DNA of 64,000 bases from Methylococcaceae bacterium (GTDB taxonomy: Bacteria; Pseudomonadota; Gammaproteobacteria; Methylococcales; Methylomonadaceae), in NCBI GenBank assembly GCA_007280895.1, contig QYQN01000023.1, positions 30,861 to 94,860 of the forward strand, in the 5' to 3' direction. The position numbers and the translations under genes were made by a program. A model generated the notes under the pieces. The model was not told the DNA's origin. It saw nothing but the letters and a program-made list of their open reading frames with translations, and ran no database searches. Shown piece after piece: positions 46,098 through 55,560 of this stretch (positions are counted from its first letter, which is position 1; each line of letters opens with the position of its first letter).

Positions 46098-47282
46098 TTA
46101 TGAAACCGCGAGTTTAATGCGTGACAGTGCATTTTCTAAATTTTTCATACTTGTTGCAATAGAAATTCGAATATGACCATCACAACCAAATGCTGATCCT
46201 GGAACTAAAGCAACACCTGCTTTTTCAATTAAAAATTCAGAAAAATCAAGGTCATTATGAATATTATCTAAGCGCTGAATTAATTTTTTTACATCAGGAA
46301 AAACATAAAACGTACCGTCTGTGGGAATACACTCCACACCTTCAATTTCATTTAATGATGCTACCACCCAATCATGACGTTTCTTAAATTCTTGACACAT
46401 GTAATCAATAAAAGATTGATCGCCTGTTAATGCCGCTTCTGCAGCTATCTGTGAGATTGATGTAGGATTTGAAGTACTTTGAGATTGAATTGTACACATT
46501 GCCTCAATTAACTCAGCTGGGCCAGCTGCATAACCAATTCGCCATCCAGTCATTGAATACGCCTTTGAAACACCATTCATTACGACCGTGCGTTCATACA
46601 AATCAGGATGTGCATTTAAAATATTTACGAAACTCCCCTTATTCCACAAAATATGTTCGTACATATCGTCAGTAGCAATAATAATTTTAGGAAATTCTTT
46701 TAATACTTCCCCTAAAGCAAATAATTCTGCTAACGAATAAGCAATACCAGATGGATTAGAGGGGCTATTAATAAAAATTAATCGAGTTTTATCGGTAATT
46801 ACAGCTCGCAATTGTGTAGGCGTAATTTTAAATTGCTGCGCCTGCGAGGTTTCAATAATAACCGGAATACCACCTGCTAATAACACCATATCGGGATAAG
46901 AAACCCAAAAAGGCGCAGGAATAATTACTTCATCACCATCATTTAGTAAAGCTTGCGTCAAATTAAAAGAACTTTGTTTGCCACCACAGGAAACTAAAAT
47001 CTGTTTAGCTTGATAAGTTAAGCCATTATCGTTTTTAAATTTCTGAATAATTGCTTGCTTTAAACTTGGAATACCATCAACCGCAGTGTATTTAGTAAAG
47101 CCGTTTTCAATAGCCTTAATCGCTGCACTTTTAATGTGATCTGGTGTATCGAAATCAGGTTCACCAGCGCCTAAACCAATAATATCTTTACCTGCTGCTC
47201 GCATTGCAGCAGCACGGGCAGTCACCGCTAATGTTGGTGAAGGTTTCACTGATTTAACTCGATTAGAAAGAATAATGCTCAT
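46098..47282 (-). CDS. aspC: Class-I PLP aspartate/aromatic aminotransferase
   Basis: GAGEPDFDTP, NSPSNPSG and the SKAYSMTGWRIGY PLP-lysine motif. Confidence 0.85.
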   Translation of the reverse strand: MSIILSNRVKSVKPSPTLAVTARAAAMRAAGKDIIGLGAGEPDFDTPDHIKSAAIKAIENGFTKYTAVDGIPSLKQAIIQKFKNDNGLTYQAKQILVSCGGKQSSFNLTQALLNDGDEVIIPAPFWVSYPDMVLLAGGIPVIIETSQAQQFKITPTQLRAVITDKTRLIFINSPSNPSGIAYSLAELFALGEVLKEFPKIIIATDDMYEHILWNKGSFVNILNAHPDLYERTVVMNGVSKAYSMTGWRIGYAAGPAELIEAMCTIQSQSTSNPTSISQIAAEAALTGDQSFIDYMCQEFKKRHDWVVASLNEIEGVECIPTDGTFYVFPDVKKLIQRLDNIHNDLDFSEFLIEKAGVALVPGSAFGCDGHIRISIATSMKNLENALSRIKLAVS

Positions 47283-47585
47283 ATTACACTCATATGAATA
47301 GGATTAAATCGGCTAATTATACACTATCAACATTAGCTTTCTCACTAACAACTTTAAGGATAAGCCATCTAATACAAATGACGCCATATAATAAATAATA
47401 ATTTAAAATTCTTTATTTTTATTATTATTAGGCAATAATATTTTAGGTAAAACCGTATTTTTATCTAAAATATCATATAGTTAATTTTAAATAACTATGT
47501 CAATAGACCTGTGTATATACTGTGCATAGATTTTTTATACATTGTTATCCACAGTGTTTTACCTTACATCCACACAGCATATCTT

Positions 47586-48725
47586 ATGTCTTTTTCATCA
47601 TTAAGCTTATACATTCACATTCCTTGGTGCATAAAAAAATGTCCTTATTGTGATTTTAATTCTCATGCGGTAAAAAATACCTTACCCGAATTTATTTATA
47701 TTGATACCTTATTAAAAGATTTAAGTAATGACATTGATTTATATAATCTTTATGAAAAAAAACTGCATTCTATTTTTATTGGTGGAGGCACACCAAGCCT
47801 CTTTTCCGCCGAAGCTTTTTTTAGATTATTTACCGGTATAAAACAACAATTAGCCTTTAGTGAAAACATAGAAATCACTTTAGAGGCAAATCCAGGCACA
47901 TTTGAAATTGAAAAATTTGCGGAATTTCAACAATTGGGAATAAATCGATTGTCCATAGGCATACAAAGTTTTAATGATGCTATGTTAAAAAAATTAGGTC
48001 GAATTCATTCTGCCAATGAAGCAATACGCGCAATTGAAATGGCTCATCACGTCGGCTTTACTAATATTAATATTGATTTAATGTATGGCTTACCAAACGC
48101 AACACGGCAAACAAATCGTTATGATATAGAAACAGCGATTAAACTAAAGCCAACACATATCTCCTATTATCAGCTCACCTTTGAACCTAATACTTTGTTT
48201 TATAAGTACCCCCCTAGCGTTCCTACTGATGACCATATCTTTACTATGCAATGCGATGCACAGACTTTATTAGCTAGTGCTGGGTATCAACAATATGAAA
48301 TATCGGCTTATAGCCAAGAGGACAAACAATGCCGTCATAATGTTAATTATTGGCAATTTGGTGATTATCTTGGTATAGGCGCAGGAGCACATGGAAAGAT
48401 TAGTGTTGAACGGCCTGATAAAATTATTCGCACCATGAAACCTAAGCATCCAGAACATTATGAACACAATTTGTATCAAAAAAGTTTAACGCAGAGTATT
48501 TCTAACCAAGAATTACCAATAGAGTTTTTAATGAATCATTTACGCTTAAAAGAAGGCTTTACTTTGCAACAGTATGCCCAAACTACCGGCTTAACGAGTG
48601 ACACACTAGAGCCTGCATTATCAACCTGTGTTAATGATGGTTTATTACACTTTGCGCAAAAATCATATTTTTGTAGTAAAAAAGGATGGGATTTTCTTGA
48701 TAATATTTTAGAAAGATTTATTTAA
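47586..48725 (+). CDS. hemW: Radical-SAM heme chaperone HemW (HemN-like)
   Basis: Start moved to the ATG at 47586 (MSFSSLSLYIHIPWCIKKCPYCDFNS). CxxxCxxC motif. GGGTPS. Confidence 0.88.
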   Translation: MSFSSLSLYIHIPWCIKKCPYCDFNSHAVKNTLPEFIYIDTLLKDLSNDIDLYNLYEKKLHSIFIGGGTPSLFSAEAFFRLFTGIKQQLAFSENIEITLEANPGTFEIEKFAEFQQLGINRLSIGIQSFNDAMLKKLGRIHSANEAIRAIEMAHHVGFTNINIDLMYGLPNATRQTNRYDIETAIKLKPTHISYYQLTFEPNTLFYKYPPSVPTDDHIFTMQCDAQTLLASAGYQQYEISAYSQEDKQCRHNVNYWQFGDYLGIGAGAHGKISVERPDKIIRTMKPKHPEHYEHNLYQKSLTQSISNQELPIEFLMNHLRLKEGFTLQQYAQTTGLTSDTLEPALSTCVNDGLLHFAQKSYFCSKKGWDFLDNILERFI

Positions 48726-48759
48726 ACGTAATTACTTAGTATTGAATACTAATAATTGT

Positions 48760-48786
48760 TTGACATCATTAAGCGTTATCTATAAG
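48760..48786 (+). promoter_or_regulatory. Candidate sigma-70 promoter of cspA
   Basis: TTGACA (48760-48765), 15-nt spacer, TATAAG (48781-48786). The spacing is suboptimal. It implies a 5' UTR of about 150 nt, as is typical for cspA. Confidence 0.35.
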
Positions 48787-48939
48787 CTGAAACAAGCTCG
48801 AAATTTGTTGCCACTATGCTTATCTTTACGAAGTTTTTCTGTTTTTAATTTTTTCGTCCTGTTTATCATTTGTCATTCTTAAATTTTCTTGCGCCACCCT
48901 TGCCTTAAATGGCTTTTACAAATTATATTAGGATTACAA

Positions 48940-49140
48940 ATGACTATCGGTACAGTTAAATGGTTTAACTCAGAAAAAGGTTTTGGTTTTATTCAACAAG
49001 AAAGTGGTCCAGACGTTTTTGTTCATTTCAGAAATATTAACAGTTCTGGCTTTAAATCTTTAGATGAAGGTCAAAAAGTTCAGTTTACAGTAACACAAGG
49101 ACAAAAAGGTCCTCAAGCAGAAGAAGTAACAATTATCTAA
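48940..49140 (+). CDS. cspA: Cold-shock protein CspA family
   Basis: Start at the ATG at 48940 ([18 protein letters not shown]). RNP1 KGFGFI and RNP2 VFVHF motifs. Confidence 0.93.
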   Translation: MTIGTVKWFNSEKGFGFIQQESGPDVFVHFRNINSSGFKSLDEGQKVQFTVTQGQKGPQAEEVTII

Positions 49141-49145
49141 TTGTT

Positions 49146-49187
49146 AAAGGCGGTAAGCTATTAAAACAGCCTACCGCCTTTTTTGTT
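49146..49187 (+). terminator. Rho-independent terminator after cspA (abuts the hemL stop)
   Basis: 10-bp stem aaaggcggta / taccgccttt (49146-49155 and 49172-49181), continuing into a T-run (ttttttg). Confidence 0.65.
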
Positions 49188-50468
49188 TTACATGGTTTTA
49201 AATGCTGCTCTAACTGCACGTAGAGTAGTATCGATAATATTGTCATTATGTGCAGCAGAGACAAAACCAGCCTCAAAAGCTGAAGGTGCAAAATAAACAC
49301 CTTCTTTTAACATAGCATGAAAAAAACGCTTAAAAAGTGTCTGATCTGATTTCATCACATCAGCATAAAATACAGGCGGCTTTTCTAAACCAAAAAACAT
49401 CCCAAACATTCCCCCCACATTAGTTTTAGCAAAGGGAATACCTGCTAAATCTGCTTCGTTTTGTAAGCCATTAACTAATTGTTCAGTTTGTGCAGCTAAA
49501 TTTTCAAAAAAGCTAGGTTCAGAAACTAATTCTAAGGTTTTTAATCCCGCTGCCATTGCAACTGGGTTTCCTGAAAGCGTACCTGCTTGATATACGGGTC
49601 CAATAGGTGCCAAATATTCCATAATTTTTTTTGATCCCCCCAATGCACCGACAGGCATTCCGCCACCAATAACTTTACCCAACGTGGTTAGATCTGGTTG
49701 AACGTCATAAATCCCTTGCGCACCATGCAGGCCTACTCTAAAACCAGTCATTACTTCATCAAATATTAATAGGCTATTAAATTCATTACAGACACGCCTT
49801 AATGTTTGAAGAAATTCAGGTGCAGGTAAAATGCAGTTCATATTACCTGCTACAGGTTCCACAATAATGCACGCAATCTGATGGCCGTATTCTTTAAAAG
49901 CATTCACAACAGCAGTGCTATCATTATAGGGCAACGTCAAGGTATGTTCAGCAAGACTCACAGGAACACCCGGAGAACTTGGTATGCCCAAAGTTAAGGC
50001 ACCAGAACCTGCCTTAACCAACAAACTATCTGAATGTCCGTGGTAGCAACCTGCAAACTTGATAATCTTATCTCGTCCTGTGTACCCTCGTGCTAAACGA
50101 ATTGCGCTCATTGTGGCTTCAGTCCCCGAATTCACCATTCTTACTAATTCGATTGACGGCAGTAAGGCACAAATTTTTTCTGCCATTAACGTCTCAAGTT
50201 CAGTGGGTGCACCAAAGCTTAAACCTTTCTCTAAGGTCTTTTTTACCACCTCAATGACTGCTGGATGCGCATGTCCTAAAATCATTGGCCCCCATGAGCC
50301 TACATAATCAATATAAGCCTGTTTATCACAATCATAAAGATAAGCCCCTTTTGCATGATCAATAAAAACTGGCTCTCCCCCAACGCCATTAAATGCGCGT
50401 ACAGGAGAATTTACTCCTCCTGAAATAACGTGTTTTGCTTTTAAAAAAAGTGTTTCAGAATTGGACAT
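49188..50468 (-). CDS. hemL: Glutamate-1-semialdehyde 2,1-aminomutase
   Basis: 426 aa. [20 protein letters not shown] and the [16 protein letters not shown]-lysine motif. Confidence 0.95.
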   Translation of the reverse strand: MSNSETLFLKAKHVISGGVNSPVRAFNGVGGEPVFIDHAKGAYLYDCDKQAYIDYVGSWGPMILGHAHPAVIEVVKKTLEKGLSFGAPTELETLMAEKICALLPSIELVRMVNSGTEATMSAIRLARGYTGRDKIIKFAGCYHGHSDSLLVKAGSGALTLGIPSSPGVPVSLAEHTLTLPYNDSTAVVNAFKEYGHQIACIIVEPVAGNMNCILPAPEFLQTLRRVCNEFNSLLIFDEVMTGFRVGLHGAQGIYDVQPDLTTLGKVIGGGMPVGALGGSKKIMEYLAPIGPVYQAGTLSGNPVAMAAGLKTLELVSEPSFFENLAAQTEQLVNGLQNEADLAGIPFAKTNVGGMFGMFFGLEKPPVFYADVMKSDQTLFKRFFHAMLKEGVYFAPSAFEAGFVSAAHNDNIIDTTLRAVRAAFKTM

Positions 50469-50611
50469 TGTTTTTTTTTAAAATAGTAAAGTGAAATTTA
50501 AAATAACTTTATCATGATTGAAATAATTTGATGCGTTAAAATGCTAACGTAATCAGATAAACACTAACATTGTTGTTAGATAACCCTAAAACTTGTCTCT
50601 TTAACACACTT

Positions 50612-51148
50612 ATGAAAGCAAGAAAAAATAGAAAGGGCTTAATATTAATTAATACTGGTGACGGAAAAGGTAAATCAACCAGTAGTTTTGGCACTATATT
50701 TCGCGCCGCAGGATGGGGATTAAAGATCTGTATTATTCAGTTTATTAAAGGCCAATGGCAAACAGGCGAGCAATTAGCTGCAAAGCGTTTTGATAATATT
50801 GACTGGTATGCGCTGGGCGATGGCTTTACATGGGATACAAAAAATCCTGAACAAGACATTAAAACAACAATGGAAATTTGGGAGTTTGCTAAAGAAAAAA
50901 TTATTTCAAAAGACTATGATATTGTTTTATTAGATGAAATTAATTATTGCTGTGATTATGGCTGGTTATCAGGTCAAGAAATCGCTGAATTTTTACACAA
51001 CTCAAAAGCACCCTGGATGCATATTATCTTATCCGGCAGAAATGCGGCACCCGAAGTTATTGCCATCGCCGATACGGTCACTGAAATGAAAAAAATAAAA
51101 CATGCGTTTGATAAAGGAATTAATGCAGAACAAGGTATCGAGTTTTAA
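50612..51148 (+). CDS. cobO: Cob(I)yrinic acid a,c-diamide adenosyltransferase (CobO/BtuR)
   Basis: P-loop GDGKGKSTSSFG. FIKGQWQTGE. DEINY. The start is uncertain: ATG at 50612 is preferred over the TTG at 50570 in the ORF track. Confidence 0.85.
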   Translation: MKARKNRKGLILINTGDGKGKSTSSFGTIFRAAGWGLKICIIQFIKGQWQTGEQLAAKRFDNIDWYALGDGFTWDTKNPEQDIKTTMEIWEFAKEKIISKDYDIVLLDEINYCCDYGWLSGQEIAEFLHNSKAPWMHIILSGRNAAPEVIAIADTVTEMKKIKHAFDKGINAEQGIEF

Positions 51149-51206
51149 ATCGATTAAAATATATTTTTTAATCTGTGTAGTGTAATCAAACCATAAGGAC
51201 AATAAA

Positions 51207-51569
51207 ATGACTGAAACGATGAAAATAGTAATTGCTATTGGCTGTGTTTTTGCCTCTGGATTTATTTTAGTAGGGCTTAGTAAACAAGAATCGCCCGCTA
51301 AAGCTGAAGCCGCTTCAATGATTAGGAATTATGCGGCAATTCAAACTATGGCAAATGAAAAATGTCCTATTGCAGTAAAAAAAGCCACGGGCGAACAAGT
51401 CTATTTCCCTTCTGAAACACAAAGCGATAAAGAAAATTATATAACTTTAAAATGGAAAGGTGAAAATAGCGATAAAGGTGGCTTTAAAGCGGCTTCATGC
51501 ACTCTTCTTTCTTCATTAGGTGGAATTTCTGAATTAATTATTGATAACAAAGTGATTATCAAAAAATAA
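51207..51569 (+). CDS. Hypothetical membrane-anchored small protein
   Basis: N-terminal hydrophobic anchor (IVIAIGCVFASGFILVGL), about 90-aa soluble part with two Cys. No family recognised. Confidence 0.5.
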   Translation: MTETMKIVIAIGCVFASGFILVGLSKQESPAKAEAASMIRNYAAIQTMANEKCPIAVKKATGEQVYFPSETQSDKENYITLKWKGENSDKGGFKAASCTLLSSLGGISELIIDNKVIIKK

Positions 51570-51577
51570 ACCAACTC

Positions 51578-51631
51578 TTTTTTGTGTGTTTAACGATGAA
51601 ACATAGTGCTAACCGTTAGACACACAAAAGA
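51578..51631. repeat. Long hairpin-forming inverted repeat (about 18-bp stem, 18-nt loop) upstream of relA
   Basis: ttttttgtgtgtttaacg (51578-51595) pairs with cgttagacacacaaaaga (51614-51631), with two T-G wobble positions. No T-run follows on either strand. Confidence 0.8.
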
Positions 51632-51721
51632 CTCTATTGTGTTATTCAACAGCACTCTGCAAGCCCTTAATTTAATAACTACTGTTAATTGCACCTGAGG
51701 TTTTTTATTTATTTAGGTCTT

Positions 51722-53848
51722 ATGAAAAAAAATACACCTCACTCTATTTCATTGCTTAATGGGTTTTCTGATCAAGACAAAAAAGTCATAGAACAAGCAC
51801 TTGCAGTGGTTGGCCAAATTCCTAATGATGAACACTATATGCGTCCTAAAGGCATAGAAGTTGCCACCATTTTGTTGGAATTTAATGTTGATCTTTCTAC
51901 CTTAATTTCTGCTATTTTAAGTGATCCAAGATTACTTAACTTATCCCTAAAACCTCCTATTAAAGATCACTTTGGTCATACTGTTGCAGAAATTGTTAAG
52001 GATGTTAACTGGCTGAATACCATCACAGTTTACTCCCCAGAAATGGCTGAACAACCCAATCAAGCTGAAATTTTGCGACGTATGCTATTGTCAATGACGC
52101 AAGATGTCAGGGCAGTTTTGATAAAGCTGGCATTTCGTATGCAACGCCTGCGCGGCTTAGCCCAAGAAGCGCAGGAAATTAGACAATTTATTGCTAAAGA
52201 AACCTTAGATATTTATGCACCTATTGCAAATCGAATGGGTGTCTATCAATTGAAATGGGAATTAGAAGATATGGCTTTTCGTTATTTACAGCCAAAAGCC
52301 TATCGTGACATCGCTAAATCACTTAATGACAACAGAATTTCTAGAGAAAATTCTGTTACGCGCTTTATTGATTTACTTAAAGAAAAACTTAGAGAAGAAG
52401 ACATTGACGCGCAAATATGTGGTCGACCAAAACATATTTATAGCATTTGGAAAAAAATGCAGCGTAAAAATCTGGCTATTGATGAATTGTACGATTTACT
52501 CGCAGTACGGGTAATTGTTGATAATTTAACCCGCTGCTATGCTTCTTTAGGCGTTGTACATAATTTTTGGCAAATGATTCCTAAAGAATTTGATGATTAC
52601 ATTGCTAATCCCAAAGAAAATGGATACCAATCGTTACATACGGTGATTGTAGATTCTGAAGGTAACCGTATTGAAGTACAAATTCGCACTCAAGCCATGC
52701 ACGATTTTGCAGAATTAGGTGTTGCTGCTCATTGGTCCTACAAAGAAGGTGGAAGACACGATGCAGCTGTTACTAAAAGTATAAATTCATTACGTAAACT
52801 AATTGCTAATCGGGATGTTGAAGATGAATCCCTAGGTGAGAGTTTTCGTAACGAATTATTTCATGATCGCGTTTATGTGTTAACGCCAAAAGGACAATTG
52901 ATTGATTTAGTTAAAAATGCCACACCTTTAGATTTTGCTTATGCTATTCATACTGAAATTGGTCATCGGTGTCGAGGTGCAAAAATTAATGGTCGTATCG
53001 TCAATTTAACCTACAAACTAAAATCTGGTGAGCAAGTTGAAATTATTACAACCAAAGAGGGGGGGCCTAATCGCAATTGGATAGACCCTAATTTAGGGTA
53101 TTTAAAAACCTCTGCGGCGATTAGTAAAGTTAAAAGCTGGTTTAAACATCAACAACACAGCCCAAACATACCAACGGGTAAAGCCATTTTAGAAAAAGAA
53201 ATACAGCGTTTAGGCGTTAAATTTCCCAGCCTGTCAGAATTAATCAAATATTTCAAACAAGAAGATGCAAATAAATTATACGAAGCGATTGCTCGAAATG
53301 ATATTACAGCCCAGCAATTAGCCGCGTTTTTTAAAATTCCTGAATTAGAATCATCACTTATTGATCTTGATTCAGCAAAAAATCAACGTTTAAAGAAAAA
53401 TCCTTTGTCCATTATTTGCGTTGAAGGTGTGGATAATGTACTGACATCCTTTGCTAGTTGTTGTGGACCCGTGCATGGTGATGACATTATTGGTTTTATT
53501 TCCTTAAAGAAAGGCATTACTGTGCATCGAAAAAACTGTGACAATATTGCTCAACTTAATCCAGAACAGCAAGCACGTTTAATTAATGTCTCGTGGGGTA
53601 CAAAAGAAGCACGGTATTTTGTGCCCATCATTATTCATGCGTTTAGTGCCCAAAATATGTTAAACAACGTTACACAGGTACTCAGTCAAGCAAAGATACA
53701 TATTGCTACTGCTTTTTTAGATACACATCCTGATTTTTCAGCAGAATTACATTTAACAATTCAAGTGAAAGATACCGATCAATTAGTCGCTATTTTTAAT
53801 AAAATTAGCTGTTTACCCAATATTATTGAGGTTAAAAGAAAAACCTAA
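51722..53848 (+). CDS. relA: GTP pyrophosphokinase RelA ((p)ppGpp synthetase I)
   Basis: Start at the ATG at 51722 (MKKNTPHS). Degenerate HD region with no HDxxED motif. Synthetase motifs (DLLAVRVIV, YIANPKENGYQSLHTVI, EVQIRT). TGS and ACT-like C-terminus. Confidence 0.9.
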   Translation: MKKNTPHSISLLNGFSDQDKKVIEQALAVVGQIPNDEHYMRPKGIEVATILLEFNVDLSTLISAILSDPRLLNLSLKPPIKDHFGHTVAEIVKDVNWLNTITVYSPEMAEQPNQAEILRRMLLSMTQDVRAVLIKLAFRMQRLRGLAQEAQEIRQFIAKETLDIYAPIANRMGVYQLKWELEDMAFRYLQPKAYRDIAKSLNDNRISRENSVTRFIDLLKEKLREEDIDAQICGRPKHIYSIWKKMQRKNLAIDELYDLLAVRVIVDNLTRCYASLGVVHNFWQMIPKEFDDYIANPKENGYQSLHTVIVDSEGNRIEVQIRTQAMHDFAELGVAAHWSYKEGGRHDAAVTKSINSLRKLIANRDVEDESLGESFRNELFHDRVYVLTPKGQLIDLVKNATPLDFAYAIHTEIGHRCRGAKINGRIVNLTYKLKSGEQVEIITTKEGGPNRNWIDPNLGYLKTSAAISKVKSWFKHQQHSPNIPTGKAILEKEIQRLGVKFPSLSELIKYFKQEDANKLYEAIARNDITAQQLAAFFKIPELESSLIDLDSAKNQRLKKNPLSIICVEGVDNVLTSFASCCGPVHGDDIIGFISLKKGITVHRKNCDNIAQLNPEQQARLINVSWGTKEARYFVPIIIHAFSAQNMLNNVTQVLSQAKIHIATAFLDTHPDFSAELHLTIQVKDTDQLVAIFNKISCLPNIIEVKRKT

Positions 53849-54822
53849 GTCATCTCTATAGGCGACACGATAAACGCACGAATAGAGGCAATTCCCTGAG
53901 CCCCATATTCAATAGCAGACTCAAGATCTGATAAGTTCATACCACCTAAGGCATAAACAGGAAGAGTACATTCTGCCACCCACTTGGAAAATTGTAACCA
54001 CCCTAAAGCTGGCGCTTCATGGTGTGTTTTGGTTGGCATAACAGGTGCCAAAACAGCAAAGTCAATGCCAATTTTTTCAGCATGCTGTAATTCCTCAAGA
54101 CTATGACATGAAGCCGACACCCACAGATAAGCATGTGGTCGTTGCGAACAACGCAGCAAATCATGACTCGTTAAATGCAGTCCTTCTGCTTGATAAGCAG
54201 CACAAGGTTGATTCGCAGAATTGGTCATTAATATCACTTTTTGGTCACGACATCGCGGCACTGCGTAGTCAAAAAACTGCGTAGTTTCTAAACTAGAACT
54301 TGTTTTTAATCGCGCTTGAATGAGTGTGATATTTTGCTTAAGCAGCTCAGTTAATTGCTGTTGGGGAGAAAGCTTGCGGGTATCATCGACGATTGCATAA
54401 TAAACAGGTAATCGAATTGCTGTAATGATTGGTTGATTAGCCTTTAAAAAAGGATAATCTTTGAGCAAATGTGGAGTAACCCAGCGTAACGGTTGATTTT
54501 CACAACATGTAACCTCACCTAAAAATTCATTTACCCAAAAAACATGCAAATGTACGATTAAGTCTGGATAACGATGATAAAGGGTTATTAAACGGCTAAT
54601 TTTTTTAACAACAATACCAATTTCTTCCTGTAATTCACGTACTAAAGCCATTTCTGGTGTTTCATTACATTCTAATTTCCCCCCTGGAAATTCCCACAAC
54701 CCACCCTGATGCGCTGACTTATGCCTCTGAGCAATTAAAATTTGCCCTTGAGCATTTTTAACAATACCCACTGCAACGTGCAGTGGAGGTGATGTATTCA
54801 TGAGCGATTTATCAAATAACAC
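53845..54822 (-). CDS. mutT: Bifunctional-type Nudix (MutT-like) / thiamine-phosphate-synthase-like (ThiE/TenI fold) protein
   Basis: N-terminal Nudix box GGLWEFPGGKLECNETPEMALVRELQEEIGI. C-terminal TIM-barrel ThiE-like half (ADFAVLAPVMPTKTH...YALGGM). The stop overlaps the relA stop. Confidence 0.8.
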   Translation of the reverse strand: MLFDKSLMNTSPPLHVAVGIVKNAQGQILIAQRHKSAHQGGLWEFPGGKLECNETPEMALVRELQEEIGIVVKKISRLITLYHRYPDLIVHLHVFWVNEFLGEVTCCENQPLRWVTPHLLKDYPFLKANQPIITAIRLPVYYAIVDDTRKLSPQQQLTELLKQNITLIQARLKTSSSLETTQFFDYAVPRCRDQKVILMTNSANQPCAAYQAEGLHLTSHDLLRCSQRPHAYLWVSASCHSLEELQHAEKIGIDFAVLAPVMPTKTHHEAPALGWLQFSKWVAECTLPVYALGGMNLSDLESAIEYGAQGIASIRAFIVSPIEMT

Positions 54823-54831
54823 GCGCTACAG

Positions 54832-55542
54832 TTAAGGAATGATAGGTAAATAAAATTGCTGGGCGGTAAAGGTAACGTCATTACCTTGGCGAGTCTGCTG
54901 CACATGAAATTTACCCGAAGCAAGAACAACTTGTTGATGATCATACATAATGAATGCCTGAGCTAAGGTCGCCTCAGAGCTACCTACAGCAGATAAATCA
55001 AAGGCAGAAACAGCACGAACTTTATGCTTATTAAGGTAATAACTATTAGTAACAAAACAAGGTGTAGTGACGCACCGTATACCATTATCTTGAAGGCCTA
55101 CAACAACGCCAGCAATTAACGCAGGCGTTGCTGAACGATACGCTTGTTTCAATCTCATTACTGGCAAGGCAGTAAACGGTGCGATGGCTTTATTTAGCAA
55201 GGTGCCTTGTAATAAATGCGCTGACGACAACTCAATAGTTGGTTGGCTAAGCACCAGCGCCACATAACATTCAGTTTGCACCGTTCCATCGGGGCAATGC
55301 GTTACTTTTTTATTGACAGATTTAACAAAAATACCTCCACACAAAGGTGCGAGGCATTTTCGATAATCTTGTCGGAAGGTATAAAAATGATACGGATTAA
55401 AGTTATTAGTGGTTAAGGTTCTCTCTACAGAATGTTTTTGAGCTGCTTCAGTGTTAAATTGCTCAACTCCCCCCCACACATGCGTCGATGACACCAAACT
55501 AGTAGCCAGTAAGTAGCAAAATAACCGCATAGAAAAAAACAT
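54832..55542 (-). CDS. Hypothetical secreted protein with conserved Cys pairs
   Basis: Signal peptide (LLATSLVSS). YTFRQDYRKCLAPLCGGIFVKSVN...THCPDG...CYV and CVTTPCF motifs. Family not recognised with confidence. Confidence 0.5.
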   Translation of the reverse strand: MFFSMRLFCYLLATSLVSSTHVWGGVEQFNTEAAQKHSVERTLTTNNFNPYHFYTFRQDYRKCLAPLCGGIFVKSVNKKVTHCPDGTVQTECYVALVLSQPTIELSSAHLLQGTLLNKAIAPFTALPVMRLKQAYRSATPALIAGVVVGLQDNGIRCVTTPCFVTNSYYLNKHKVRAVSAFDLSAVGSSEATLAQAFIMYDHQQVVLASGKFHVQQTRQGNDVTFTAQQFYLPIIP

Positions 55543-55560
55543 AACTATTTAAAGGTAAGG

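Noticed and set aside
50469-50611. Possible cobalamin riboswitch upstream of cobO
   Set aside because: I looked for a B12-box-like element and the GC-rich conserved core. The region is very AT-rich and has only a 6-bp palindrome (ctaaca-ttgt-tgttag), so nothing riboswitch-like was found.
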